Part shown: piece after piece, positions 14,930-27,941 of the stretch
How positions within the stretch are numbered: the stretch's first letter is position 1
How the letters are laid out: the number at the start of each line of letters is the position of its first letter
Source of the DNA: an uncultured Clostridia bacterium
GTDB taxonomy: Bacteria > Bacillota > Clostridia > Oscillospirales > CAG-382
DNA length: 47,230 bases
Assembly: GCA_905235695.1 (NCBI GenBank)
Contig: CAJOMW010000001.1
Location: 959 to 48,188, forward strand
Direction: 5' to 3'
Position numbers and translations under genes: made by a program
Notes under the pieces: generated by a model
Databases searched by the model: none
What the model was told of the DNA's origin: nothing
The model's input: the letters and a program-made list of their open reading frames with translations, nothing else

Positions 14930-17155
14930 ATGAAGGTTTTGCACCTTATAAGCGGAGGAGACACCGGCGGAGCCAAAACTCACGTCTTCGCACTGCTGAG
15001 TAAGCTCAAGGACATGGCGGACGTGAAAATTGTCTGCTTTATGAAGGGCGTATTCTGGGACGAGCTTCAGGATATCGGCGTTGAGTGCGAGCTGTTAGAG
15101 CAGAGGAGCAGATTCGATATGTCGGTCGTAGACAGACTGACTGAGATATGCAATGAGGGCATTGACATTGTACACTGCCACGGAGCAAGGGCTAATTTTA
15201 TCGCCGCATCCCTGCGCCGCCGCGTAAACATCCCCATGATAACCACCATTCACAGCGATTATCTCCTCGATTTCGACGGCTTTTACAGAAAGCTGGTATA
15301 TACCACCCTCAACGTCTTTGCCCTCAAAAAGTTCAGATATTACATTGCCGTCTCCTCGAGCTTTAAGGATATGCTCATATCAAGGGGCTTCAGACCGAAC
15401 TCCGTCTACACCGTCTACAACGGCATGGACTATTCAACCGAGATGAATTACGTATCAAAAGAGGAGTTTGCAAAAAGGATAGGTATAGAGTACGACGAAA
15501 ACTGCACTTATGTCGGACTTATAGGAAGGCACGACTACGTAAAGGGACACGACGTGTTCATCAAGGCGATAAAGCCGACGGTCGAGAAGTGCCCGAACGT
15601 AAGGTTTGTCATAGCGGGAGACGGCGAGAACCGCCATGCGCTCGAAGAACTGGCAGAGAGCGAGGGTATTGCCGACAAGCTCGTCTTTGCCGGATTTGTA
15701 AAGGACATATACAGCTTTATAAACTTTATAGATATCAATACATTGACCTCGAGAAGCGAGAGCTTCCCGTACGTCCTCATGGAGGGCGCACGAATGTCAA
15801 AGCCCACCGTCTGCTCAAGGGTAGGGGGAATACCCGACTTTGTAAAGGACGGCGAGACGGGACTGTTGTTTGAGAGTGAAGACAGCGCACAGCTTTCCGA
15901 AAAGCTCGTTGAGCTGATACGCGATAAGGAGCTTGCCGCAAAATACGGCTCTGCACTGAAAGCTCTTGCCGTCGAAAAGTTCTCCGATACTGCGCTTGCA
16001 AAAAAGCACATGGAAATATACAGCGCAGTGCTTCGCGATTTTAACGACAAAAAGAGATATGACGTCGTTATGTCCGGCTACTACGGCTTTAAGAACAGCG
16101 GCGACGACGCACTGCTCTTTGCGATAACGGAGAGCCTTGAAAAGTACATACCCGGCGTGCGTATCTGTGTTCTCTCGGCAAGGGCTAAGCAGACGAGAAA
16201 GACGTACAGAGTAGACTGTGAGGGAAGATTCAATATCTTTTCCGTAAGGCGCACAATGAAGAGGTCAAAAATGCTAATCAGCGGAGGCGGAAGCCTGATA
16301 CAGGACGCAACAAGCTCAAAGTCGCTCTTGTATTACACCTATATCATGCGCCTTGCAAAGAAGAAAGGACTGAAGCTGTACGTTTACGCAAACGGTATAG
16401 GTCCGATAAAGCCGAAAAACGTAAGGAGAGCGGCAAAGGCGCTGAGCGGTGCGGATATGATAACCCTGCGCGACCCCGCGTCGCTCGAAGAGGTAAGAAG
16501 CATGGGAATAGACCTCGGACACGTAAAGCTGACCGCCGATCCCGCAATAATCCTCGAGCCGTCGTCGAATGTTACTCTGAGAAATATACTCGAGAGGGAA
16601 AACGTGCCGCTTGGCAGGAAGTACCTCGGCATATCCGTGAGAGACTGGGACGGAAGCGACGAACACTTCTGTGAAAAGGCGGCAAAGGTAATAGGCGGCG
16701 CACAAAAAAAGTACGGACTTGTTCCGCTCTTTATACCGATGAAGTTACCGAGCGACCTTGCAATATCCGAAATGCTGGCAAAAGAGGTCGGAGAGGGCGC
16801 CTGCGTCATAAGAAGCGCCTGCTCGGTGCGAGAAGTCATAGGACTTGTCGGACTGTGCGAAGCGGTTATCGGAATGAGACTTCACACGCTTATATATGCG
16901 GCAGGAAGATGCGTTTCGGTAATAGGTCTGACGTATGACGTGAAGATTTCGGGCTTCCTCGACTATATAGGGCAGAAGAGATACGTCGACGTAAAGGACA
17001 TTGACGAAGAAAAGCTGATGGAATACGTCGATGAGATAATGAGCAAAAGAGAGGAAACAGCAAGGGAGCTTTCGGAAAAGAGAGAGGAGCTTTACGACAG
17101 CGCTCTCGAAAACGCAAGGATAGCGGCGGAGCTTCTTTCGGAGGGCGAACAATGA
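14930..17155 (+). CDS. csaB: Fusion protein: N-terminal GT4 glycosyltransferase plus C-terminal polysaccharide pyruvyl transferase (CsaB-like)
   Basis: A single 741-aa ORF. Residues 1 to about 365 are GT4-like (MKVLHLISGGDTGGAKTHV...ESFPYVLMEGARMSKPTV). From about residue 375, YDVVMSGYYGFKNSGDDALLFAI and ISGGGSLIQDATS match the CsaB family. Confidence 0.75.
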   Translation: MKVLHLISGGDTGGAKTHVFALLSKLKDMADVKIVCFMKGVFWDELQDIGVECELLEQRSRFDMSVVDRLTEICNEGIDIVHCHGARANFIAASLRRRVNIPMITTIHSDYLLDFDGFYRKLVYTTLNVFALKKFRYYIAVSSSFKDMLISRGFRPNSVYTVYNGMDYSTEMNYVSKEEFAKRIGIEYDENCTYVGLIGRHDYVKGHDVFIKAIKPTVEKCPNVRFVIAGDGENRHALEELAESEGIADKLVFAGFVKDIYSFINFIDINTLTSRSESFPYVLMEGARMSKPTVCSRVGGIPDFVKDGETGLLFESEDSAQLSEKLVELIRDKELAAKYGSALKALAVEKFSDTALAKKHMEIYSAVLRDFNDKKRYDVVMSGYYGFKNSGDDALLFAITESLEKYIPGVRICVLSARAKQTRKTYRVDCEGRFNIFSVRRTMKRSKMLISGGGSLIQDATSSKSLLYYTYIMRLAKKKGLKLYVYANGIGPIKPKNVRRAAKALSGADMITLRDPASLEEVRSMGIDLGHVKLTADPAIILEPSSNVTLRNILERENVPLGRKYLGISVRDWDGSDEHFCEKAAKVIGGAQKKYGLVPLFIPMKLPSDLAISEMLAKEVGEGACVIRSACSVREVIGLVGLCEAVIGMRLHTLIYAAGRCVSVIGLTYDVKISGFLDYIGQKRYVDVKDIDEEKLMEYVDEIMSKREETARELSEKREELYDSALENARIAAELLSEGEQ

Positions 17156-18024
17156 CAGTTCAGAAAAAAGCCTATGCAAAGATAAATCTTACCCTTGAGC
17201 TGCTCGGCACGCGCCGTGCCGACGGATATCACGATATACTGTCCATAATGCATAAGGTGCCTCTGTTCGACGAGGTGACTGTCGAAGCAAAAAGGGGCGG
17301 AAGCGGTATAGCTCTTACCTGCGACAGGGACGTTTGCAGACCTGAGGATAACCTCGCTTACCGTGCGGCAAAGGCGTATCTGGAAAAGTATAAGGAAAAC
17401 GGCGGTGAAGACGTCGGGATATATATCGACTTGAAAAAGAACATACCGTCAAAGGCAGGGCTTGCCGGAGGAAGCTCGGATGCGGCTGCCGTGCTTGATG
17501 CGCTGTCGGAGGCAATAGGCAACGCAGATGACGCAGAGATAGAAAAAATTGCCTCGGACATTGGCAGCGACGTGCCGTTCTGCCTTGAAAAGCATAAATG
17601 CGCTCTTTGCAGCGGCAGGGGAGAAATAACACAGGAAATAAAGCCGCTCAGCGGCGTTTACGCAGTTATTATATTTCCGAGTATAGATATGCCGACGGGC
17701 TCTGTCTATTCGGAATACGACAAAACACACGGCGACGACTATTCAAAGAATGCGAGCATAAAAATGGCGGAAAAGCTGAACGCAGGCGAGAGTGCGGAAA
17801 GCGTACTCGGGCTTATGTGCAACGATTTTTCACCTATATGCGAGAAAAAGAGCGCTCTTATAGCAGAGGCAAGAAAAGAGCTTGAAGACGGCGGCGCGTA
17901 TTCGCAGATGTCCGGAAGCGGTTCGGCGGTTTTCGGAATTTTCACAAGTGAAAGCGAATATCTTAGCTTTTCGGAGCGGAAAAAGAACGGAAACAATCAG
18001 TATTTTTATCTTGGAGCAATATAG
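17152..18024 (+). CDS. ispE: 4-diphosphocytidyl-2-C-methyl-D-erythritol kinase
   Basis: 290 aa. KINLTLELLGTRRADGYHDILSIM and the GHMP-kinase motif PSKAGLAGGSSDAAAV are present. It shares an ATGA start/stop overlap with the upstream gene. Confidence 0.9.
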   Translation: MTVQKKAYAKINLTLELLGTRRADGYHDILSIMHKVPLFDEVTVEAKRGGSGIALTCDRDVCRPEDNLAYRAAKAYLEKYKENGGEDVGIYIDLKKNIPSKAGLAGGSSDAAAVLDALSEAIGNADDAEIEKIASDIGSDVPFCLEKHKCALCSGRGEITQEIKPLSGVYAVIIFPSIDMPTGSVYSEYDKTHGDDYSKNASIKMAEKLNAGESAESVLGLMCNDFSPICEKKSALIAEARKELEDGGAYSQMSGSGSAVFGIFTSESEYLSFSERKKNGNNQYFYLGAI

Positions 18025-18229
18025 ATAAATTAAAAAATAAAGCGATAAGCATTTGGAGCTATCGACATAGCTTACATATAGCCCCGTTTAGGGCTATAGA
18101 GGCACGACAGCCGCTGCTTTGAACCCCCGTCCCCCTTAAATCCTCAAAAAATCCCACACGGTCAAGAAATATTCCCCAAAAAATTTCATATCATATAAAA
18201 AAGAAATTTTTATATGGGAGAACATACAC

Positions 18230-18907
18230 ATGACCGGGAATACGAGAAACGTTTTTACAAAGAATATAAAGAAGCACATAGAGTACAAAGGGACTCCTGT
18301 CCTTTCGGTCAATCTTAAGTACCCGGAGTTTGAGGAGCTCTCCGAGACAAAGGCGGAGCGAGCCTTCATTTCAAAGATGAATAAGTTTTACGCCGAGAGC
18401 GCAAGACGATATCTTGACGTTCTCTCAAAGAGCTACGTCAAAAATGCCTCAAAAATCTTTGAGAAGAACGGAAACACGGAAACCTCCTGCGTTATGAATT
18501 ATAACGTAGCCTACTCGGACGACGATATCGTCTCGGTCTTTGTCGATATATCCGGCTTTGACGGAAACGCCGTAAAGACGAGCCGCTTTCCTCAGCTCTG
18601 GTCAAGGGAAAAGTCAGCTATCCTCCCTGCGTCCTACGTCATGGATACCTCTTCAAAATCCAAGACCTATCTGAAAGAGCTGATAACCGAAATAGCCGAT
18701 AAAAACGCCGCAAGACGCGACTTTTCGTACTACGACAACTATAGATCCATAATAAAAAGAAAATTTGACGTCTCCAATTTTTATATAGTTCCAAACGGCG
18801 TCGCCTTCTTCTACGATAACGGACTCCTCAGCGCATCTATGGGCGACGTATGCGTCTTTGTCCTGCCGTCTCAGAGGATAGACGGATTGCTTAAAATCAC
18901 GCTGTAA
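18230..18907 (+). CDS. Hypothetical protein, possibly DUF4163/DUF3298-like (RsiV/PdaC C-terminal type); no signal peptide seen
   Basis: 225 aa. The pattern KYPEF...ISKMNKFY... and the C-terminal FYIVPNGVAFFYDNG resemble that family. The assignment is from memory. Confidence 0.4.
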   Translation: MTGNTRNVFTKNIKKHIEYKGTPVLSVNLKYPEFEELSETKAERAFISKMNKFYAESARRYLDVLSKSYVKNASKIFEKNGNTETSCVMNYNVAYSDDDIVSVFVDISGFDGNAVKTSRFPQLWSREKSAILPASYVMDTSSKSKTYLKELITEIADKNAARRDFSYYDNYRSIIKRKFDVSNFYIVPNGVAFFYDNGLLSASMGDVCVFVLPSQRIDGLLKITL

Positions 18908-18958
18908 CCTTACAAAATGTATAAAATGTTAAATGTTTATCAAATTTTCTTTTTTCTA

Positions 18959-18987
18959 TTGAAAAATGCCTTGATGCATGATATAAT
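18959..18987 (+). promoter_or_regulatory. Sigma-A-type promoter TTGAAA-17-TATAAT with extended -10 (TGATATAAT) for the V-ATPase operon
   Basis: Hexamers and spacing are read directly. A leader of roughly 140 nt precedes the ATG at 19134. Confidence 0.6.
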
Positions 18988-19133
18988 CAATAAAATTGTA
19001 TGGAGTTTGACGATATTTACAGCAAACGGAAACGTGAATTTTGTATATTATGCAACGCAAAGCTGATTGCTGTTGAAATGATGCGCAAAGTAGGAAAATA
19101 AAGACTATTTTATATGAAAGGAATGACGAAAGT

Positions 19134-19444
19134 ATGGCTCTTGAAATGATTGACTCGATAAGAGCGGCTGAAAAGGCGGCGGCCGACATACGAAGGGCTG
19201 CGACCGAAGAGGCAAAGAGCATAGTTTCGGATGCGTCGGAGAAGGCTAAGGCCGACTTTGAAAAGGCGGAGAAGGACGCTTACGAAAAGGCGTCGGCACT
19301 GCTTGCGGATGCGTCGGAGCAGATAAACGTGCTGACCGAGACGCAGAACAAGAGGTTTTACGAACATTCCGCAAAGATAGAGCAGGAGGCTAAGGAACGG
19401 ATTCCAAAGGCCGCCGATTATATCCTGAAGGAGCTTTTGAAGAT

Positions 19445-19448
<4 letters not shown>
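19134..19448 (+). CDS. V-type ATPase small peripheral-stalk subunit (G/H-like; first gene as in the Enterococcus hirae ntp operon)
   Basis: 104 aa, a predicted Ala/Glu/Lys-rich helical protein. The call rests on position and an ATGA overlap with subunit I. Confidence 0.6.
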
Positions 19449-21885
<2,437 letters not shown>

Positions 21886-21923
21886 TGAACCGTCACTGAT
21901 ATAAGTGACGAGACCGAGAGGAG

Positions 21924-22568
21924 ATGAAGAGTTTGGCAACCCAAAAGGGACTTGATAAAATCATATCAAAAATAACGGCGGAAGCTGAGTCGTTTGCCGC
22001 TTCCGAGCGGGAGAAAGCAAGGAAAGAGGCAAGCGAGATACTTGCAGACGGCGAGAAAAAGTCCGCTGAAAAGTCCGGAGAGATACTCGCAAAGGCAGAG
22101 GCGAAGGCATCGTCTCTCATTGAGAACGCAAAGAGCAGCGCCGGAATGCGTGAGAGAAACAGTATGCTCTCTCTTAAAGTCGACATCATGGAAAAGGCGT
22201 TTGAAGAGGCGGAGAAAAAGCTCTCCCGGCTCGATGACAGCGACTATATAAAGGCGATGTCTGCAGTGCTCTCAGACGCAGTAAACTCAACGCTTTCGGA
22301 CGGAAGCACGGCAAAGCTGTGTGTCGGAAAACGCGATGCCGAACGTGCGGAAAAGATTATCGAAGCGGCTTTGCCCCTTATAACAAAGTCCGTAAAAATA
22401 GAAAAAGGCACCGACAGCGAAGATATTTCATCGGGCTTTATTCTCAAATGCACCGACGAAAACGGAAAGGGCGGCATTGAGATAAACTGCTCTGCAAAGG
22501 CAATAATAGATTCCGGTAAAAGTGCGCTTGAGAAAAAGGTGCTCGAGATACTTTTCGGCGAAAATTAG
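21924..22568 (+). CDS. ntpE: V-type ATPase subunit E
   Basis: 214 aa. It has a charged N-terminal helix and a globular C-terminus, in the operon position expected for subunit E. Confidence 0.8.
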   Translation: MKSLATQKGLDKIISKITAEAESFAASEREKARKEASEILADGEKKSAEKSGEILAKAEAKASSLIENAKSSAGMRERNSMLSLKVDIMEKAFEEAEKKLSRLDDSDYIKAMSAVLSDAVNSTLSDGSTAKLCVGKRDAERAEKIIEAALPLITKSVKIEKGTDSEDISSGFILKCTDENGKGGIEINCSAKAIIDSGKSALEKKVLEILFGEN

Positions 22569-22580
22569 GAGGAGAGGGCA

Positions 22581-23600
22581 TTGAAGAAGAGAGAAATCAA
22601 TGACTTGCGCTTCCTGTACCTTTCAACAAGGCTTACCGCCATTGAAAATTCGCTCATAAAGGGCGAAAAGCTGACACGCCTTTCCGACGCGAGAGATTAC
22701 GACGAGGCGTTTTCATACGTTCTCGAGTACTACGGCCTATCAAAAGAGCAGAGTACGGATCTTTCGTACGAGGAAGTGCTGTCGTCTGAGCTTTCAAAGG
22801 CGTATGACCTTGCTGCTGAGCTGATAGACGCGACGATAGACACCGACAATAAACCGCATGAGGTGCTTTATCCGCTCAGATTCGTATACGACTGTCAGAA
22901 TCTCAAATCCGCAATAAAATGCAGCTTGCTCGATAGGAGCGCAAAAGGTATGCTCTACGATACGGGAACGGTCGGCGCAGACGAGGTGGAAAGCCTCGTC
23001 CGTGAGAGAGACTTTAATAAATTCCCAGAAAATCTTGCAAAGCAGGCGCCTGTCGCCATCGAGCAGCTTTCGGCAACGGCGGATCCGCAGGAGGTCGATC
23101 TTCTGCTTGACCGCGCAGTGTTCAGGGATATGCTGAAGGCGGCGGAGGATACGAGGTCAGACTACATCACTGAGCTTGTAAAGCTGCGCATAGACAGCGT
23201 AAACATAATAAGCTGTATTAGGTGCATAAAGCAGAAAAAGAGCAAGGCGTATATGCAGAAGCTGTATATCGACGGCGGAAAGCTCGAAGAGAGCTTTTTC
23301 ACGGAGAATTACGACGAAAACCCGTCAAAGCTTCTCGGCGCACTTGCGTTTACGGATTTTTCGGCATTGGCAGCGGTGGATCACACCTCCGTCTCGTCCG
23401 CCGAGATCGAAAAGCTCTGTGACAACGTATACGCCGCAAAGGCGTACTCCGCAAGCTATAAGCCGTTCGGAATAGAGAAAGCGGTATGCTATATCATTCA
23501 GAAGGAGTACGAGATAAAGAACGTCAGAATAATTCTCGCAGGAAAGAGCTGCGGCCTTGCAAGCGATAAGATAAAGGAAAGGCTGAGGGTGAGCGCATGA
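22581..23600 (+). CDS. ntpC: V-type ATPase subunit C (d-like)
   Basis: 339 aa with a TTG start after GGAGGAGAGGG. The call rests on size and operon position. Confidence 0.8.
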   Translation: MKKREINDLRFLYLSTRLTAIENSLIKGEKLTRLSDARDYDEAFSYVLEYYGLSKEQSTDLSYEEVLSSELSKAYDLAAELIDATIDTDNKPHEVLYPLRFVYDCQNLKSAIKCSLLDRSAKGMLYDTGTVGADEVESLVRERDFNKFPENLAKQAPVAIEQLSATADPQEVDLLLDRAVFRDMLKAAEDTRSDYITELVKLRIDSVNIISCIRCIKQKKSKAYMQKLYIDGGKLEESFFTENYDENPSKLLGALAFTDFSALAAVDHTSVSSAEIEKLCDNVYAAKAYSASYKPFGIEKAVCYIIQKEYEIKNVRIILAGKSCGLASDKIKERLRVSA

Positions 23601-23914
23601 CCGGAAAGATTGGAATAATAGGCGACAAGGACAGCGTACTCGGCTTTATGGCGGCAGGATTTACGGTGTTCATCACCGAGAGCGAAGCCGAAGCAAAGGA
23701 AATAATAGATTCTGCGATTAAAAACGAATTTGCAATAATATATATCACCGAGGACCTTTTGACAAAGATCCCCGAGGTGTACGACAAGTACAAGACCGAG
23801 CCAATGCTCTCGATAATCCCGCTCCCGTCGAAAAAGGGATCCACGGGGCTGGGCATGGCGAATATAAAGAGCTCGGTTGAAAGAGCGGTCGGCGCAGATA
23901 TACTCAAAGATTAG
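23597..23914 (+). CDS. ntpG: V-type ATPase subunit F
   Basis: 105 aa. The start KIGIIGDKDSVLGFMAAGF is typical of subunit F. It has an ATGA overlap with subunit C. Confidence 0.85.
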   Translation: MTGKIGIIGDKDSVLGFMAAGFTVFITESEAEAKEIIDSAIKNEFAIIYITEDLLTKIPEVYDKYKTEPMLSIIPLPSKKGSTGLGMANIKSSVERAVGADILKD

Positions 23915-23973
23915 AAGACCGCCGGAAATAATTAAAAATATGCACTCATAACGGAAAGAGGTGCCGAAAACAA

Positions 23974-25737
23974 ATGATACAGGGAAAGATAGTTAAAGTG
24001 TCGGGACCGCTCGTCGTGGCAGAAGGCATGAGACAGGCCAATATGTACGACGTCGTTCGTGTCGGAGACGCGAAGCTTATCGGAGAAATAATCGAGATGA
24101 GAGGCGACAGAGCCTCAATACAGGTATATGAGGAGACGGCAGGAATAGGCCCGGGAGACATTGTTGAATCCGTAGGCGAGCCGCTCTCTGTCGAGCTTGG
24201 CCCGGGACTCATATCCAACATATACGACGGTATACAGCGTCCCCTCGAAGAGCTTTATAAGATAGCCGGAACAAATCTCACCAAAGGCGTCAGCCTTCCG
24301 GCACTCTCAAGAGAGAAGAAGTGGCATTTTACCCCCACGGTCGAAGTCGGAGAGGAATGCGGCGAGGGAACGATAATCGGCTACGTAGACGAGACCGAGG
24401 TCGTGCGCCACAAGGTAATGATACCGCCGAGATTTTCCGGAAAGATAACGAAAATAGCAGAGGGAGACTACACGGTCACCGATGAAATAGGAACGATTCA
24501 GACCGAGAGCGGAGAAAAGCCTCTTACGCTCATGCAGAAGTGGCCGGTGCGAATTGCCCGTCCTTATGCACAGAAGCTCCCGCCCTTTGAACCGCTCATA
24601 ACCGGACAGCGCACAATAGACGGTCTGTTCCCGATAGCAAAGGGCGGTACGGCTTGTATCCCCGGACCTTTCGGAAGCGGAAAGACGGTCACCCAGCATC
24701 AGCTCGCAAAGTATTCCGACGTAGACCTCGTCGTCTATATAGGCTGCGGCGAGCGAGGAAACGAGATGACCGACGTTCTCAGAGAGTTCCCCGAGCTTAA
24801 AGACCCGAGAAACGGAAAATCTCTTATGATGAGAACGGTTCTCATAGCAAACACGTCGGATATGCCCGTTGCGGCGCGCGAGGCGTCTATTTACACGGGT
24901 ATAACCATAGCGGAATATTACAGGGATATGGGATACTCGGTGGCGGTTATAGCTGACTCCACCTCGAGATGGGCGGAGGCTCTTCGCGAAATGTCGGGAC
25001 GACTTGAGGAAATGCCCGGCGAAGAGGGTTATCCCGCTTACCTTACCTCTCGTCTCGCCCAGTTCTACGAGCGAGCAGGCAAGTTTATATGCCTCGGCGG
25101 CGACAACCGCATAGGAACGCTCAGTGCGATAGGTGCGGTAAGCCCTCAGGGCGGAGATATTTCCGAACCTGTTTCGCAGGCGACACTGCGTATAGTCAAG
25201 GTGTTCTGGGGACTTGACGCTTCTCTTGCTTACAGGCGTCACTTCCCGGCGATAAACTGGCTCAACTCATATTCACTCTATACAGACAGGCTTGCCGACT
25301 GGTTCTCGGAGAACGTCGCACGCGACTGGAACGAGACTACGGCGGAGGCAATGAAGCTTCTCCAACAGGAAAACGAGCTCAATGAAATAGTAAAGCTCGT
25401 CGGTATTGATGCACTCTCGGCTTCCGACAGACTTATCCTCGAAGCCGCTCGCTCGATCCGTGAGGACTTCCTCCAGCAGGACTCCTTCTCGGATACCGAT
25501 TCCTACACGCCTCTCGGAAAGCAGTACGGACTTCTGAAGGTGATACTCGCGTACTATGAAAAGGGACTTGAAGCCGTAAAGAACGGCGCTGAGGCCGCGG
25601 ATATTGCGGATCTTCCCGTAAGAGAGGACGTGGGCAGACTGAAGAACGTAAGCCCCGATGAGTTTGAAAAGGCAAAGGCAGACGTGCTCAGCAAGCTCGA
25701 CGAGCAGCTTTCGGCTTTAACGAATAAAGAAGCATAA
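23974..25737 (+). CDS. ntpA: V-type ATPase catalytic subunit A
   Basis: 587 aa. The Walker A motif GPFGSGKTV, the non-homologous region and [27 protein letters not shown] are present. Confidence 0.97.
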   Translation: MIQGKIVKVSGPLVVAEGMRQANMYDVVRVGDAKLIGEIIEMRGDRASIQVYEETAGIGPGDIVESVGEPLSVELGPGLISNIYDGIQRPLEELYKIAGTNLTKGVSLPALSREKKWHFTPTVEVGEECGEGTIIGYVDETEVVRHKVMIPPRFSGKITKIAEGDYTVTDEIGTIQTESGEKPLTLMQKWPVRIARPYAQKLPPFEPLITGQRTIDGLFPIAKGGTACIPGPFGSGKTVTQHQLAKYSDVDLVVYIGCGERGNEMTDVLREFPELKDPRNGKSLMMRTVLIANTSDMPVAAREASIYTGITIAEYYRDMGYSVAVIADSTSRWAEALREMSGRLEEMPGEEGYPAYLTSRLAQFYERAGKFICLGGDNRIGTLSAIGAVSPQGGDISEPVSQATLRIVKVFWGLDASLAYRRHFPAINWLNSYSLYTDRLADWFSENVARDWNETTAEAMKLLQQENELNEIVKLVGIDALSASDRLILEAARSIREDFLQQDSFSDTDSYTPLGKQYGLLKVILAYYEKGLEAVKNGAEAADIADLPVREDVGRLKNVSPDEFEKAKADVLSKLDEQLSALTNKEA

Positions 25738-25770
25738 GCCATTTCTTATGTGAAAGGATTGGTCTAAGAT

Positions 25771-27159
25771 ATGACACCTATTAAAGAATACAGAACGATA
25801 CAAGAGGTCGCAGGCCCTCTGATGCTCATAAAGCAGGTAGAGGGAGTAAAGTACGACGAGCTCGGAGAGATAGAGCTTCCGGACGGTTCCGTAAGGCGCT
25901 GCAAGGTGCTTGAGGTAAACGGCGACAATGCACTCGTACAGCTTTTTGAAAGCTCGGCGGGACTTAATTTGGCAAGCAGCAAGGTGCGCTTTCTCGGACA
26001 CGGAACGGAGTTCGGCGTATCGGGCGATATACTCGGAAGAGTCTTCAGCGGAATGGGAACGCCAATAGACGGCGGACCGAGAATAATTCCCGAGAAGAGC
26101 CTCGACATAAACGGAACGCCTATAAATCCGGCGGCGAGAAACTATCCTTCGGAGTTTATACAGACGGGCGTATCGACCATCGACGGACTGAACACACTTG
26201 TCCGCGGTCAGAAGCTGCCTATATTCTCGGCTTCCGGTCTTCCGCACGCAAATCTTGCCGCTCAGATAGCGAGACAGGCAAAGGTTCTCGGAACGGACTC
26301 CAAGTTTGCCGTCGTATTCGCGGCTGTCGGAATCACGTTTGAGGAATCGGACTTCTTTATATCCGACTTCAAGCGCACGGGCGCTATTGACAGAACGGTG
26401 CTCTTTATAAACCTTGCGTCGGACCCGGCTATCGAGCGTATTTCAACGCCACGTATGGCGCTCACCGCCGCAGAGTATCTCGCTTTTGAAAAGGATATGC
26501 ACGTTCTCGTCATCATAACGGATATTACGAACTACGCCGAGGCGCTCAGAGAAGTGTCCGCCGCTCGTAAGGAAGTCCCCGGAAGACGCGGATATCCCGG
26601 ATACCTGTACACAGACCTTGCAACGATGTACGAGAGAGCCGGAAGAAAGCTCGGAAGCGAGGGAAGTATCACCATGATACCTATCCTCACCATGCCCGAG
26701 GACGACAAAACTCACCCGATCCCCGACCTTACCGGTTATATAACCGAAGGTCAGATAATCCTCTCGAGAGACATATACAAGAAGGGCTACCTGCCTCCGG
26801 TAGACGTCCTTCCCTCGCTGTCCCGTCTTAAAGACAAGGGTATTGGTCAGGGCAAGACGAGAGAGGATCACGCAAACCTCATGAATCAGCTCATAGCTTG
26901 CTATGCGAGAGGTAAAGAGGCTCTCGAGCTCATGGTAGTGCTCGGAGAGGCGGCGCTAACTCCCATCGACAGGCAGTACGCAAAATTCTCGGAAGAATTT
27001 GAAAGAGTGTATATAAATCAGGGCTTTGATGAAAACAGATCCATCGAGGAAACCCTCGACTTAGGCTGGCAGCTGCTGTCATTGCTCCCGAAGAGTGAAA
27101 TGAAGCGTATAAAGCCGGAATTTCTCGACAAATACTGGAAGGAACCGTCAGAAAAATGA
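25771..27159 (+). CDS. ntpB: V-type ATPase subunit B
   Basis: 462 aa. [40 protein letters not shown] is typical of the B subunit. Confidence 0.97.
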   Translation: MTPIKEYRTIQEVAGPLMLIKQVEGVKYDELGEIELPDGSVRRCKVLEVNGDNALVQLFESSAGLNLASSKVRFLGHGTEFGVSGDILGRVFSGMGTPIDGGPRIIPEKSLDINGTPINPAARNYPSEFIQTGVSTIDGLNTLVRGQKLPIFSASGLPHANLAAQIARQAKVLGTDSKFAVVFAAVGITFEESDFFISDFKRTGAIDRTVLFINLASDPAIERISTPRMALTAAEYLAFEKDMHVLVIITDITNYAEALREVSAARKEVPGRRGYPGYLYTDLATMYERAGRKLGSEGSITMIPILTMPEDDKTHPIPDLTGYITEGQIILSRDIYKKGYLPPVDVLPSLSRLKDKGIGQGKTREDHANLMNQLIACYARGKEALELMVVLGEAALTPIDRQYAKFSEEFERVYINQGFDENRSIEETLDLGWQLLSLLPKSEMKRIKPEFLDKYWKEPSEK

Positions 27160-27186
27160 TTTCTTTAAAAGCAGAAGAGAAGGCAG

Positions 27187-27861
27187 GTGAGAGAGTTGGC
27201 TGAAATACTTAACGTAAACCCGACGCGCATGGAGCTGGGAAAGCTGAAAAAGCGCCTTACGACGGCTCGCCGCGGTCATAAGCTGCTGAAGGACAAGTGC
27301 GACGAGCTTATGAAGACGTTCCTCGAATGCGTAAGGGAGAACAAAGAGCTGCGCAAAGAGGTCGAAAGGGCAATGACCGGCATTCACGCAAGCTTTACGG
27401 TGGCTTCTTCTCTCACGTCGGAAAAGATAATAGAGGAGTCGCTCATCTACCCCAAAAATGAAGGCGAGCTCTCCGTGACGACGAAAAACATCATGAGCGT
27501 AAATGTCCCTGAATACTCGTATAAAATGAAGAGGGAGACCGATGGGATATACAGCTACGGCTTTGCGTTCACATCCGGAGAACTCGACGACGCAATAGAG
27601 GAGCTGAGCTCGGTACTTCCGTCGCTTCTTCGCCTTGCGGAGGTCGAAAAGCGCTCGCAGATGCTTGCCGAGGAGATAGAAAAGACAAGACGGCGCGTTA
27701 ACGCCCTTGAGTACACAATGATACCTCAGCTTGAGGCGACTATAAAGGTCATATCCATGAAGCTCGGAGAGAACGAGAGATCAAATCTCACAAGGCTCAT
27801 GAAGGTCAAGGATATGATGCTGAAAGAGAGCATCGAGCAGGCAAGAAGTCAAAACTACTGA
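27187..27861 (+). CDS. ntpD: V-type ATPase subunit D (central stalk)
   Basis: 224 aa with a GTG start. NVNPTRMELGKLKKRLTTARRGHKLLKDK is the canonical D-subunit N-terminus. Confidence 0.9.
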   Translation: MRELAEILNVNPTRMELGKLKKRLTTARRGHKLLKDKCDELMKTFLECVRENKELRKEVERAMTGIHASFTVASSLTSEKIIEESLIYPKNEGELSVTTKNIMSVNVPEYSYKMKRETDGIYSYGFAFTSGELDDAIEELSSVLPSLLRLAEVEKRSQMLAEEIEKTRRRVNALEYTMIPQLEATIKVISMKLGENERSNLTRLMKVKDMMLKESIEQARSQNY

Positions 27862-27870
27862 GAAAAATTT

Positions 27871-27902
27871 TTACCGCCGAAGTAAACGGCGGTAATTTTT
27901 TT
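27871..27902 (+). terminator. Intrinsic terminator TTACCGCCG-(7 nt)-CGGCGGTAA followed by T7
   Basis: A 9-bp perfect stem with a run of 7 T residues, 10 nt after the ntpD stop. Confidence 0.9.
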
Positions 27903-27941
27903 GATAAGCTTGCACGTTTTTTGCGAAATTTTGCATTTTGC

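Noticed and set aside
15535-16839. Several 130-170-aa minus-strand ORFs inside the GT4-CsaB gene
   Set aside because: They are Ser/Ala-rich shadow ORFs opposite a gene with clear domain signatures.
18057-18098. Two adjacent hairpins after ispE (AGCTAT-CGAC-ATAGCT and TATAGCCC-CGTTTA-GGGCTATA) as a terminator or small RNA
   Set aside because: The stems are short and lack a U-tract, with no repeat elsewhere in the window. There is not enough evidence to call a feature. At most they may be a weak terminator or mRNA-stabilising structure.
24307-25242. 311-aa ORF on the minus strand
   Set aside because: It is antisense to the V-ATPase A subunit, whose identity is unambiguous.
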